From positions 1-62,997 of the IMG/VR virus record IMGVR_UViG_3300009149_000034: a DNA stretch of 62,997 nucleotides; one strand, 5' to 3'. The notes beneath the pieces are model-generated. The model worked only from the letters and a program-made list of their open reading frames with translations. It searched no databases and had not been told where the DNA came from. This DNA is from a virus (lineage: Duplodnaviria; Caudoviricetes). Below are positions 27,093 to 35,900 of this stretch, piece by piece (position 1 is the first letter of the stretch; every line of letters begins with the position of its first letter). Made by a program: the position numbers and the translations under genes.

Positions 27093-28399
27093 TCGAATGT
27101 CTCCGTCGATACTGACGAGAAGTTGTCAGCGTCGAATGCGTCTACTAACGACTGTGCTTGCGTTTTCATCGCTGCTAATAAACTTTGGGCCTCATTAAAG
27201 TCAGATACGACTGTATCATATGTGTCTACTCTATAATAGAGCTCGTCATCTCCTGTTATATTCCTCGCAGCTACACCATCATCATACGGACCATATACAC
27301 TAATACCGCGTGTTACAGTGTACGTAAGCGCCCCCTCGTACGCTGTAAATCCCGAGGAAACTACTGCTTCATCCCCCACACTTGAACTAACCGTATTAGT
27401 AACGGTAGGAGGCACGACCCCCATCTCTTCCCATAGCGGTGTAGTATCAATCGTCAGGGTATCACCTGTAGTCGCAGATCCCCCTGGAAGTTCTAATAGA
27501 TATGCAGACAAGAATTTAGTTAAAGCCGGAACACTCGTCACTACGTTATCTAAGTCACTCAGCGTAGCAACCCTCACGAGTTGTTCTCGCGTGTCCTCCA
27601 ATGCTCTTCTAAAAACGATACTATCATGCAGGTCTGTTTCGGTAGTAGCAGTGTCCACTTCTACGTGAAAGTAGTAACCATCTGTACCAGCAGGCGACCC
27701 CATAGCTTTAGTAATATACCTCAGTCTAAGTTGGGTACCCATCGTTCCAGTGTAAAGTACCCACTCATCGGATTCAAACTGATTTAAGTCATAAGAGTCA
27801 GCGAGAGTTTGTAGGTCGTCGCGCATAGTATTCACGAGAGTCACGATAGAAGTCTTGCTAGTATCGAAGAAAGAATAATCGCCTACTAAAAACTCGGTAC
27901 CTACGAATCCGGTGTAATCCCTGTCAGCTTGTCCGTCACTATAAGGCCCATATACAGCGGTTCCTCTAGTTACTGTAAACTTTATATTTTGAGCATACGC
28001 TAAAAAATTCTCTCCTACTATGCCGTCTACGCCTACGACACTATTCACAGTATATGTTTTACCTGCGGATACACCCATTTCCCGCCATACTGGCGAGAGC
28101 GGAGACATGATAGTTATCACATCACCAGCCAGGAAGGTTCCTACAGCTCCCAGAAAACTAGTGGAGCGTATTAAATTAACAGGAGGTACATCCACAGAAA
28201 GTGTAGCCAGATCAGACAGGGTAGCTACTCTCGTATACTGTTCTGCTGTCGGAAAAGAGGCTTTGGTAATCACGAACGGCGTTTCTAACTCATCCGGCGT
28301 AGTAGAAGTTTCAACTTTAGTTCTAACAAAATAACCGTCATCCCCTGGGGGAGATCCGATAGCTCTCTTCGTAAAAGTTACTGTTATCTTTGAAGGCAT
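27089..28399 (-). CDS. hypothetical virion protein made of two tandem homologous halves
   Basis: GSPPGDDGYF/GSPAGTDGYY, RVATLSDL x2, W.EMGV x2, VYGPY.DG x2. Confidence 0.75.
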   Translation of the reverse strand: MPSKITVTFTKRAIGSPPGDDGYFVRTKVETSTTPDELETPFVITKASFPTAEQYTRVATLSDLATLSVDVPPVNLIRSTSFLGAVGTFLAGDVITIMSPLSPVWREMGVSAGKTYTVNSVVGVDGIVGENFLAYAQNIKFTVTRGTAVYGPYSDGQADRDYTGFVGTEFLVGDYSFFDTSKTSIVTLVNTMRDDLQTLADSYDLNQFESDEWVLYTGTMGTQLRLRYITKAMGSPAGTDGYYFHVEVDTATTETDLHDSIVFRRALEDTREQLVRVATLSDLDNVVTSVPALTKFLSAYLLELPGGSATTGDTLTIDTTPLWEEMGVVPPTVTNTVSSSVGDEAVVSSGFTAYEGALTYTVTRGISVYGPYDDGVAARNITGDDELYYRVDTYDTVVSDFNEAQSLLAAMKTQAQSLVDAFDADNFSSVSTETFE

Positions 28400-28442
28400 T
28401 CGCCATTGACCTTTCTAGTGAGACCTGAAAAAATGTTATGCA

Positions 28443-29036
28443 ATGTGTCCCTTACAGTCAAGATTCTACATAGGTGTCGATCCCTCTGTCACTAGCACAG
28501 GTGTAGTAATTATAGGCCAAAATGAAACGTATGTTCACCGTATACAACCAGGCAAACGACGTGGTCCTGAATGCTTAGACTATATAGTCACACATTTAGA
28601 TATGGCTATAGCGAATAGCGAGATCGCAGATACGTGGAAAAGTCTTACCCCCGGTGAATTACTAGCCGCAGTAGAAGGACCAGCGCTAGGTGCAACCAGT
28701 CGTGCAGATGACCTAGGGCAAGTACGGGGAGTAATCCTACTTACGTTATATAGGCACGGGATACCTTCTTTGATTGTAGCGCCTACATCTCTAAAAAAAT
28801 TTGCAACCGGGCATGGACAAGCTAAAAAAGATAAGATGATCCAAACAGCGGTAGCAGAACTAAAACGAGAACTCAACGATGACGAGGCAGATGCCTACTG
28901 GCTAAGTAGAATAGCTCAAGCATATCATGACGAGGGCGAGACTCTCACCAGAGCACAAAGAGAAGTTTTACATGGTATAAGAAACCCGAAGACTCGAATG
29001 CAGAGTCCGATGTTTACAAGAGACATCTCGGTATAA
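28443..29036 (+). CDS. ruvC: RuvC-like Holliday junction resolvase
   Basis: IGVDPS..STG, AVEG, PTSLKKFATGHGQAKK, DDEADA. Confidence 0.9.
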   Translation: MCPLQSRFYIGVDPSVTSTGVVIIGQNETYVHRIQPGKRRGPECLDYIVTHLDMAIANSEIADTWKSLTPGELLAAVEGPALGATSRADDLGQVRGVILLTLYRHGIPSLIVAPTSLKKFATGHGQAKKDKMIQTAVAELKRELNDDEADAYWLSRIAQAYHDEGETLTRAQREVLHGIRNPKTRMQSPMFTRDISV

Positions 29037-29062
29037 CAAACCCCCTAAAGGAGTAATTCAAT

Positions 29063-31741
29063 ATGCTAAAGATAGGTCGAGTACTGTCCCAAGAAGGGGA
29101 AGATCCCTACAGCAACGTTTACTGGGAAGCTGCTGAAATCGATGTAAAGAACGACATGGGAGAATGCATATTCTACTTAAAGACAAGTGCGTTTCCAACA
29201 GAATGGTCAGAATCTGCACGAAAGACAGTAGCCCAAAAATACTTTAGAGCATCTAGAACAGACAACTACCAAGAGACCAGTGTTAAGGACATGGTCGAAA
29301 GAGTTGTAAACTACATCAAGACTGAGGGTATTAGTCAGGGGTACTTTGAAGACGGAGAGAATGCTAACATCTTTGCAGATGAACTAACCCTTATCCTGCT
29401 AAATCAAATGGCCTCCTTCAATAGTCCCGTGTGGTTCAATGTAGGAGTTCCTGGAGTAGACAAACCCACAGCCTCTGCGTGCTTCATTAATGAAGTACGC
29501 GATGACATGTCTAGCATCCTGAATTTGGCTAAAACAGAAGGTCTAGTATTCAAGGAGGGCTCAGGTAGTGGTGTGAATTTTTCTGCGCTGCGAGGATCAA
29601 GAGAACCTATCCGGGGGGGTGGTACTGCCTCTGGACCAGTGTCATTCATGCAAGGGTATGACGCGTTTGCTAATGTAATACTCAGTGGGGGACGAACTCG
29701 ACGCGCCGCTAGGATGTGTATCTTAGATATCGATCATCCTGATATCGAACAGTTCATCAACTGTAAAGCAGATGAAGAGGATATCGTTAAACTCCTGGCA
29801 CTAGGAGGTATGACTACGAACTTCACAGCACCCAACTCCGCATATGGTGTCGTTAAACATCAAAGCGGGAATAACAGTGTACGTCTTACCGACGACTTCA
29901 TGTCATTGGTCAGACAGGTATTACATGGGTATGACGAAGACAGGAACTGGGATCTTGTGAATAGATCAGATGGTAAGGCCGCTGAAACAGTGTCTGTTAA
30001 GCACATCTTCCGATCCCTGGCCAAAGCTGCGCACAAATGTGGTGATCCAGGAGTACAATTCCACGACACTATCAACCTGTACAACACGTGTTCTAACGAT
30101 GGAACTATTGAGGCGTCCAATCCATGCAGCGAGTTTATGTGGCTGAACAATTCAGCATGTAATTTAGCATCAATAAACCTCGCACAGTTCTCAAAAGAGC
30201 CCAAGAGCTTTGATACTAAACTGTTTAAACACGTCGTACGCATGCTGATCATAGCTCAAGATATCCTGGTAACTAACTCGAGTTACCCTACCGAAGAGAT
30301 TGAAAACAACTCTCAGGCGTACCGACCTCTCGGGTTAGGTTACGCCAATATCGGTGGTCTCTTGATGTCGTGGGGAATTCCGTATGATTCCGCTGCAGGT
30401 ACTAACTTCGCAGCCAGCATCACGTCCCTTATGACAGCACAAGCCTATCTGACCAGTGTCGAGCTCGCAGAGAACCTGGGTGCGTTCCCACGCTACGAGC
30501 ACAACGTAAGCCCTATGGAAGACGTTCTACAGCTACACTACGACAAAACTAAGCGCCTATCCCCGGATATGGTCGGCATTAACAAGCAAGCCAAAACTAC
30601 CTGGCAGGAGGTAATGGGACTAGGATTCGGGCGAAAGAAGACAATGGATGAAGGGCTAGGTTTCCGTAATTCTCAAGTAACCTTACTGGCTCCAACCGGA
30701 ACTATTTCATTCATGATGGATTGCGCTACTACTGGAATTGAACCTGAGATGGCCCTAGTTAAGTACAAGTCTATGGTAGGAGGGGAGACTATAAAAATAG
30801 TCAATCCTACCGTCAAGGAAGCACTCAAGAACCTGGGTTACGCTGAAAAGGACCAGGAGTCCATAGTGGCATACGCGGAGAAACACGGGCATCTGGAGGG
30901 CTCTGGATTGAAGGACAAGGACCTTCCTGTATTTGACTGCTCCTTCCGTGCAGATGGGCAAAAGAGGCAGCTAGCGGTAGACGCCCACTTGAATATGGTA
31001 GCGGCCATACAGCCCTTCCTATCGGGTGCTGTTTCTAAGACCTACAATGTCCCACATGATGCGACAGTTGACCAGATAGAACGTACCTTCCTGCGCTCCT
31101 GGGAAATGGGACTAAAGTGTGTGACGATTTATCGAGAGGGATCCAAGCTCAGTGAACCCATGCGTGTGCGAGAAATCCAAAAGAAAAAGAAGGAGGGAGA
31201 ACAACAGACGCTGTACCGAAGACGCTTACCTGATGAGAGAGATGCAGTAACACACCACTTCAACGTGGCATCTCATGACGGGTATGTGACCATCGGGAAG
31301 TATGCAGACGGTAGTCCAGGGGAACTGTTTATCCGTATGGCAGGTCATGGTTCAGTCGTATCCGGCATTCTAGATGCCTTCGCTACGTCTGTCTCACTCA
31401 ACTTGCAATACGGAGTACCCCTACGAGTACTAATCGATAAATTTGCCATCATGAACTTCGCGCCTAACGGGGTAACTCAAAATAGGGCCATTCCTTTTGC
31501 TAAGTCCATTATCCACTACATCTTCACATACATGGAGAAGAAATTCTTAGGTGAAGAAGCAGCCGAGATAGAATCTAACTCAATAATACCTCCACCCTAT
31601 ACCTCACCTGGAAATGGAAACGGCGAAGAACTTGCACGTCTAGATGGCGAGATGTGTCCTAATTGTGGTAATATCATGCGACAGGCTGGGACATGTTCTT
31701 ACTGTCCTAACTGCGCACATAGCTCAGGAGTATGCTCATGA
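29063..31741 (+). CDS. nrdJ: class II (B12-dependent) ribonucleotide reductase with C-terminal TSCPD-like and zinc-ribbon domains
   Basis: FNSPVWFN, SACFI, GG.TRRAA, SNPCSE, CNLAS.N, APTGTIS, SGAVSKT; C-terminal CPNC...CPNC..S.CS. Confidence 0.93.
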   Translation: MLKIGRVLSQEGEDPYSNVYWEAAEIDVKNDMGECIFYLKTSAFPTEWSESARKTVAQKYFRASRTDNYQETSVKDMVERVVNYIKTEGISQGYFEDGENANIFADELTLILLNQMASFNSPVWFNVGVPGVDKPTASACFINEVRDDMSSILNLAKTEGLVFKEGSGSGVNFSALRGSREPIRGGGTASGPVSFMQGYDAFANVILSGGRTRRAARMCILDIDHPDIEQFINCKADEEDIVKLLALGGMTTNFTAPNSAYGVVKHQSGNNSVRLTDDFMSLVRQVLHGYDEDRNWDLVNRSDGKAAETVSVKHIFRSLAKAAHKCGDPGVQFHDTINLYNTCSNDGTIEASNPCSEFMWLNNSACNLASINLAQFSKEPKSFDTKLFKHVVRMLIIAQDILVTNSSYPTEEIENNSQAYRPLGLGYANIGGLLMSWGIPYDSAAGTNFAASITSLMTAQAYLTSVELAENLGAFPRYEHNVSPMEDVLQLHYDKTKRLSPDMVGINKQAKTTWQEVMGLGFGRKKTMDEGLGFRNSQVTLLAPTGTISFMMDCATTGIEPEMALVKYKSMVGGETIKIVNPTVKEALKNLGYAEKDQESIVAYAEKHGHLEGSGLKDKDLPVFDCSFRADGQKRQLAVDAHLNMVAAIQPFLSGAVSKTYNVPHDATVDQIERTFLRSWEMGLKCVTIYREGSKLSEPMRVREIQKKKKEGEQQTLYRRRLPDERDAVTHHFNVASHDGYVTIGKYADGSPGELFIRMAGHGSVVSGILDAFATSVSLNLQYGVPLRVLIDKFAIMNFAPNGVTQNRAIPFAKSIIHYIFTYMEKKFLGEEAAEIESNSIIPPPYTSPGNGNGEELARLDGEMCPNCGNIMRQAGTCSYCPNCAHSSGVCS

Positions 31742-31932
31742 AATGTGTTCAAGAAGGTTGTGATAATTCCAATGGTCCCGAAGCTTTAGAGATAAGGCAC
31801 AAGGGAGAAATCACGTGCTTCGTGTGTGAGAAGTGCCTGGGTAGAGCGAAAGGTCTAAAGGTATTTCTCAAGAAGAATGACGCCGGCCTCTACTCGATAG
31901 AGCAGTTGACACATCTGGAGAATCCACACTAA
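31738..31932 (+). CDS. small Cys-containing hypothetical protein
   Basis: ATGA overlap with the nrdJ stop; C-x4-C and CEKC. Confidence 0.65.
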   Translation: MKCVQEGCDNSNGPEALEIRHKGEITCFVCEKCLGRAKGLKVFLKKNDAGLYSIEQLTHLENPH

Positions 31933-32405
31933 TGGCACTCGTCTCAAGTTCGTTAGCTAGTGGCCTTATAGCCGCGGAAGATCCTCCAGCGGAAACAAGC
32001 GCTGTTGCTGCAGACCGATTTAGTAGTGCTTTCATAAGTTACTTCAAAACGGCACAAACGACTTTGGGACCGGTTAATCCACTAACCTGTGACCTCCCAT
32101 CAGCTAAACAAGCGCTGGTGGGAGGGATCACGGGTGCATTCAATACTACCGGAGGGAATGCTGTAGCTAACCTAATAGGTGTAGCAATTCTGGCGTATCT
32201 GAACGCAGGTCCTGCTAGTCTTTTTTTTGACACCGCAACATCCGTAGCTATAGTGACACCTCTAGGGACATACATGTCGAGCATATCAACACCTGTCGCA
32301 CAACAACAGGCAGCTAAGAACGCAGTAGCTGCAGCGATACAGACGTGGTTAGCTAGTGGGGTTCAAGTGACGTTTCCGGGACCTAATGTTTCGGGGATTA
32401 CTTAG
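31932..32405 (+). CDS. hypothetical Ala/Gly-rich protein
   Basis: TAATG coupling; composition resembles virion proteins. Confidence 0.65.
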   Translation: MALVSSSLASGLIAAEDPPAETSAVAADRFSSAFISYFKTAQTTLGPVNPLTCDLPSAKQALVGGITGAFNTTGGNAVANLIGVAILAYLNAGPASLFFDTATSVAIVTPLGTYMSSISTPVAQQQAAKNAVAAAIQTWLASGVQVTFPGPNVSGIT

Positions 32406-35281
32406 GGCTTAGAAAAGCCCACGAGATACCAACCGGACCCGTCACATACAAGCGTGACACCCTCATACTGCATAAGCTCTATATTGCCCGAGGGACTATA
32501 TATATCCTGAGTACCGCCGTGTTGGTCTAGCAAATCAACTTGGTTAGCACTATCATTGTAGATATAAATTATCTGGCCAGCTACCCCGTTAGTAAAAGAT
32601 TGTACATCACCGGGATTAGTAGGAGCAGTTATGTGTAGCACCGAACGTCCAGTTACATCATAATCTGTCAACGGAGAACCTGTCCCAACAGTTTCAGTCA
32701 CATAATCCGTAGCTACCGAACCAGCTACATGTAGAGTAGTGAGAGGTATAGTAATTCCTACACCAACGTGGCCACTCTCAGCAAGAACCAACTGGTCAGA
32801 GTTAAGCCCAGTAGCGGTAGAATTAGCTGTTTCTAATACCATATTACCTGATGTAGCAACTAATCCAGTAGCCGTACCTTGTGTTATAGTTATTCTAGCG
32901 GCAGTCACAAATCCAGAACCACCGCTATTTACACCGGAAAACTGAATCTGAGCTAGATCATCACCCGTCGTCGCGGCGGTTAATGAACCTATGATACCAT
33001 TCGCGGAGTGTCCCACCTGTATAACGGCAGGTTGATTAGAAAGCGCAGTGTAGTTGTGTACAGTAAGTCCTACATCTCCAGCAGGACCATTAGCTCCTAA
33101 TACACCACCTTTCTGAGTCCACCCGCCCGACTGTAATGAATTACCTCGTAATGTAGCTGTACCGTCTACAGAGCCAGCATTATCATAGGCTATCATCTCA
33201 AGAGAGGCTGCAACACCCGCGGCCCCTGCTGTACCTACCTGCGTTACCTCAATAGCCGCCGCAGTAGCCGCTGCAGTAGTCGCGTCAACACCCTTGAAAC
33301 GTACTATACCTAGAGCATCACCATCCGAAGTCGTAGTTAGAGTACCCACCGTGGTTCCGCGGGATCGCTGTAACGTCAATAGAGATGTATCCGTGGCACT
33401 ATTAGAATACGCGTCAACTTGAGCAGTGACCATAGTAGTGCCTGCAACATGTAAGAGCTCGGCAGGATCAGTACCTATACCAAGAGGGCTCTCAAGAACA
33501 TTACCCAAATTCAAAGCACCGCTTTGGTAAATGCCGTAATCCACATTAGTTGCGCTCTCAAAGAGAGCGACATAACTGTGATTAGAACCCGTGGGTGCTC
33601 CGCCAGATACGTCCGTCTCAACATGTAAACCTATGACATCCTGCAATGCTGTTACTGTAGCGGTAGCCTGTACCGCAGAGCTCTTAAGCCCTACAATCTT
33701 TGGTCCTAAAAGAGAACCTGAACCTAACGCAGACAAGGGACCAGCCTCGGCACTAAATGCCCCACCATACATATTAGTAGCATCTCCTTGAAGGAGATCC
33801 GCAGTACCACTAATACCCGTTAAAATACCTAGAGCACCCGTAGGCTCATTACCCTGTACTACATACTCGCCACCCGTGAGATCTAGTGTAGTGTAGCTAT
33901 CTGCTGTTATAGTTGTGCTCTTGGCTGTAAACGCAGAATAGGCTGCAGCGTTGAACGCTGGAACATTAGTGTACTCTAATACTGATGTAATAGGTGTCGT
34001 CCAATAACCATAGGTTCCTTCGAATGTCCAGTTACCCGTGACCACTTCTGCTAAATCTAAGTCAGGCTTGCTATTGATAGCGTCTACGGCGTTCTCTGCA
34101 AAATCTTGGAGAGTGTCCGTAGCCAATATACCTATTGGGTTAAGGGTCAATGGGGAAGCATCCGTGTACGCATTCATCACAATGATGGTAGAGCCACCTA
34201 CGATTCGGTCTATTGTATAGGCATGTTCTCCAAAGTAGATGGGGGTTGTCAGGGATCCAGCTTCACCCTTAACCACAGTACCGTCTAAAAAGAAGAGGTC
34301 ATCTCCGACGCGTTTACACAATGGAATACAGAGAGGTAGTTTCTCAGGCTCAACGGAAGACAAGAATAAATCAGGCGCTACAACGCCCACAGATGCACCG
34401 TACTTCTGCCGGCGTCCTACAGCGGTAGTCGCCGCTGGATTAAACCAATCGGTGAGATCCGTTAACTCTGAGAAGTAAATCCCTACAGTATCCCCATCTG
34501 CTATCGGATTTATGGCGTTCCAAGGATTCCACGTAGAGGGCTGCAAGAGATGCATCTCTCTCTCGTAGGTACCCAAAGAGTCATACGTTTGGGCGGTAGG
34601 ATAGCTAGGACCTGACGAGGTAATAGCTGTATTTAAGTTACCCCCGGAAGCAATAGTATACGTTATCCCAAAGTCACCAGACGCTAAAAGTAAAGACACA
34701 AGTGTGCTAACTAAGACCGATCCATCATCAGAGACTAGGATCTCGAAGATATTAGAAGGGTCTCCAATAGGCGTAAGCGTACATACCCCAGAATTCACAG
34801 TGTCGTAGGTAAGGCGAATCTCAGGAGTATCACCACCCTTGGCCGCTGGTAGTCTCCCAGTAAATATTAGTGTCGCAGCCGGAGAAGTAACACCGTCATC
34901 AAATGTCCACGTGTGTACAGTGCCCTTATCTACATCAGGCGTAACAGCCGGTTGAATATAAATGTCATCTGCGAACTGTAACAGCCCCGTGGTGTGGTCC
35001 CACATAGTAATCAACGGTATTGGGCTACCAAGAGCGCCAGTAGTACCTGAAATTAACCACTTAATATTAGTGTCAGAGAGATACTTTAACGCCTCTAACT
35101 CTTGTCGATCTACTTCAGTACGATTCCGCAGATTCTCTGGGGGGCGTACAAACACAGAAGCGGCTGCTCGTTCTCCATCTGTATATGGTTTAATGGAGTC
35201 TGCACCACCCGTAGAATAACGTGCGCCAGAATCACCCGTTAAGGTGGAACCTGATTCATAATTGACTCTCTGATCGGCCAT
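32402..35281 (-). CDS. tail fibre-like protein
   Basis: 959 aa, G/T/S/A-rich; repeated GD.L..I.F.GV module and GIGT.P...LHVAG motifs. Confidence 0.7.
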   Translation of the reverse strand: MADQRVNYESGSTLTGDSGARYSTGGADSIKPYTDGERAAASVFVRPPENLRNRTEVDRQELEALKYLSDTNIKWLISGTTGALGSPIPLITMWDHTTGLLQFADDIYIQPAVTPDVDKGTVHTWTFDDGVTSPAATLIFTGRLPAAKGGDTPEIRLTYDTVNSGVCTLTPIGDPSNIFEILVSDDGSVLVSTLVSLLLASGDFGITYTIASGGNLNTAITSSGPSYPTAQTYDSLGTYEREMHLLQPSTWNPWNAINPIADGDTVGIYFSELTDLTDWFNPAATTAVGRRQKYGASVGVVAPDLFLSSVEPEKLPLCIPLCKRVGDDLFFLDGTVVKGEAGSLTTPIYFGEHAYTIDRIVGGSTIIVMNAYTDASPLTLNPIGILATDTLQDFAENAVDAINSKPDLDLAEVVTGNWTFEGTYGYWTTPITSVLEYTNVPAFNAAAYSAFTAKSTTITADSYTTLDLTGGEYVVQGNEPTGALGILTGISGTADLLQGDATNMYGGAFSAEAGPLSALGSGSLLGPKIVGLKSSAVQATATVTALQDVIGLHVETDVSGGAPTGSNHSYVALFESATNVDYGIYQSGALNLGNVLESPLGIGTDPAELLHVAGTTMVTAQVDAYSNSATDTSLLTLQRSRGTTVGTLTTTSDGDALGIVRFKGVDATTAAATAAAIEVTQVGTAGAAGVAASLEMIAYDNAGSVDGTATLRGNSLQSGGWTQKGGVLGANGPAGDVGLTVHNYTALSNQPAVIQVGHSANGIIGSLTAATTGDDLAQIQFSGVNSGGSGFVTAARITITQGTATGLVATSGNMVLETANSTATGLNSDQLVLAESGHVGVGITIPLTTLHVAGSVATDYVTETVGTGSPLTDYDVTGRSVLHITAPTNPGDVQSFTNGVAGQIIYIYNDSANQVDLLDQHGGTQDIYSPSGNIELMQYEGVTLVCDGSGWYLVGFSKP

Positions 35282-35293
35282 TTGTGTCCTCCC

Positions 35294-35857
35294 CTAGGTG
35301 TAGATTGTCACACCTAGGCGCCAGTCGTATACAATAGACATTGTAGCTGTGAGAGTGATGCCTGGATGCACTTGACGTGCGTACATCCTACGAAACCCTA
35401 CGGGATACAAGGGTGAAAGGGTAGGATCGTCGACAGCTCCTCGTGTAAAAATACCTGCTTCGGTTACGGTAGAACCCGTCAGTGTCCCAGGGGGGACTGT
35501 TTTACTTATCTCAATAGCAAAATCGGGTGCTCCGAAAGAAGCCGGGCGTTCCGACGAAATAGGATTAAACTTACTTATCCAAAGCTGACTATGTAAATCT
35601 GTGTCAGCGGACGTAGGCGGCGTTGGATCATCGCCAACACCTAATGAATGAATCCTATTGTAGATGGGGTTTTGTTGAAAAAGGTCGCCACCCTCAACTG
35701 AGGTAGCTTGCGCTAATAACCCTATTACAATATCTCGTCCATCGTCAGTAATTTGATTTCGATTCTCGTACCGAAAAATGCGTTGAAGTATACCGTTTTT
35801 TACGTCGTATGCGGCTACAGCCATCTGGCCATAGAGCTTCATTTTGATGTCTTGCAT
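35294..35857 (-). CDS. tail/baseplate fibre-attachment-like protein
   Basis: NQITDDG, GVGDDPTPPTSADTDL, TEAGIF pattern; the ORF-track start at 35932 overlaps the upstream gene, so ATG 35857 is preferred. Confidence 0.6.
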   Translation of the reverse strand: MQDIKMKLYGQMAVAAYDVKNGILQRIFRYENRNQITDDGRDIVIGLLAQATSVEGGDLFQQNPIYNRIHSLGVGDDPTPPTSADTDLHSQLWISKFNPISSERPASFGAPDFAIEISKTVPPGTLTGSTVTEAGIFTRGAVDDPTLSPLYPVGFRRMYARQVHPGITLTATMSIVYDWRLGVTIYT

Positions 35858-35900
35858 TACCTGCACCTTTCCAGATACCACACCGTAACACAAATTACCT

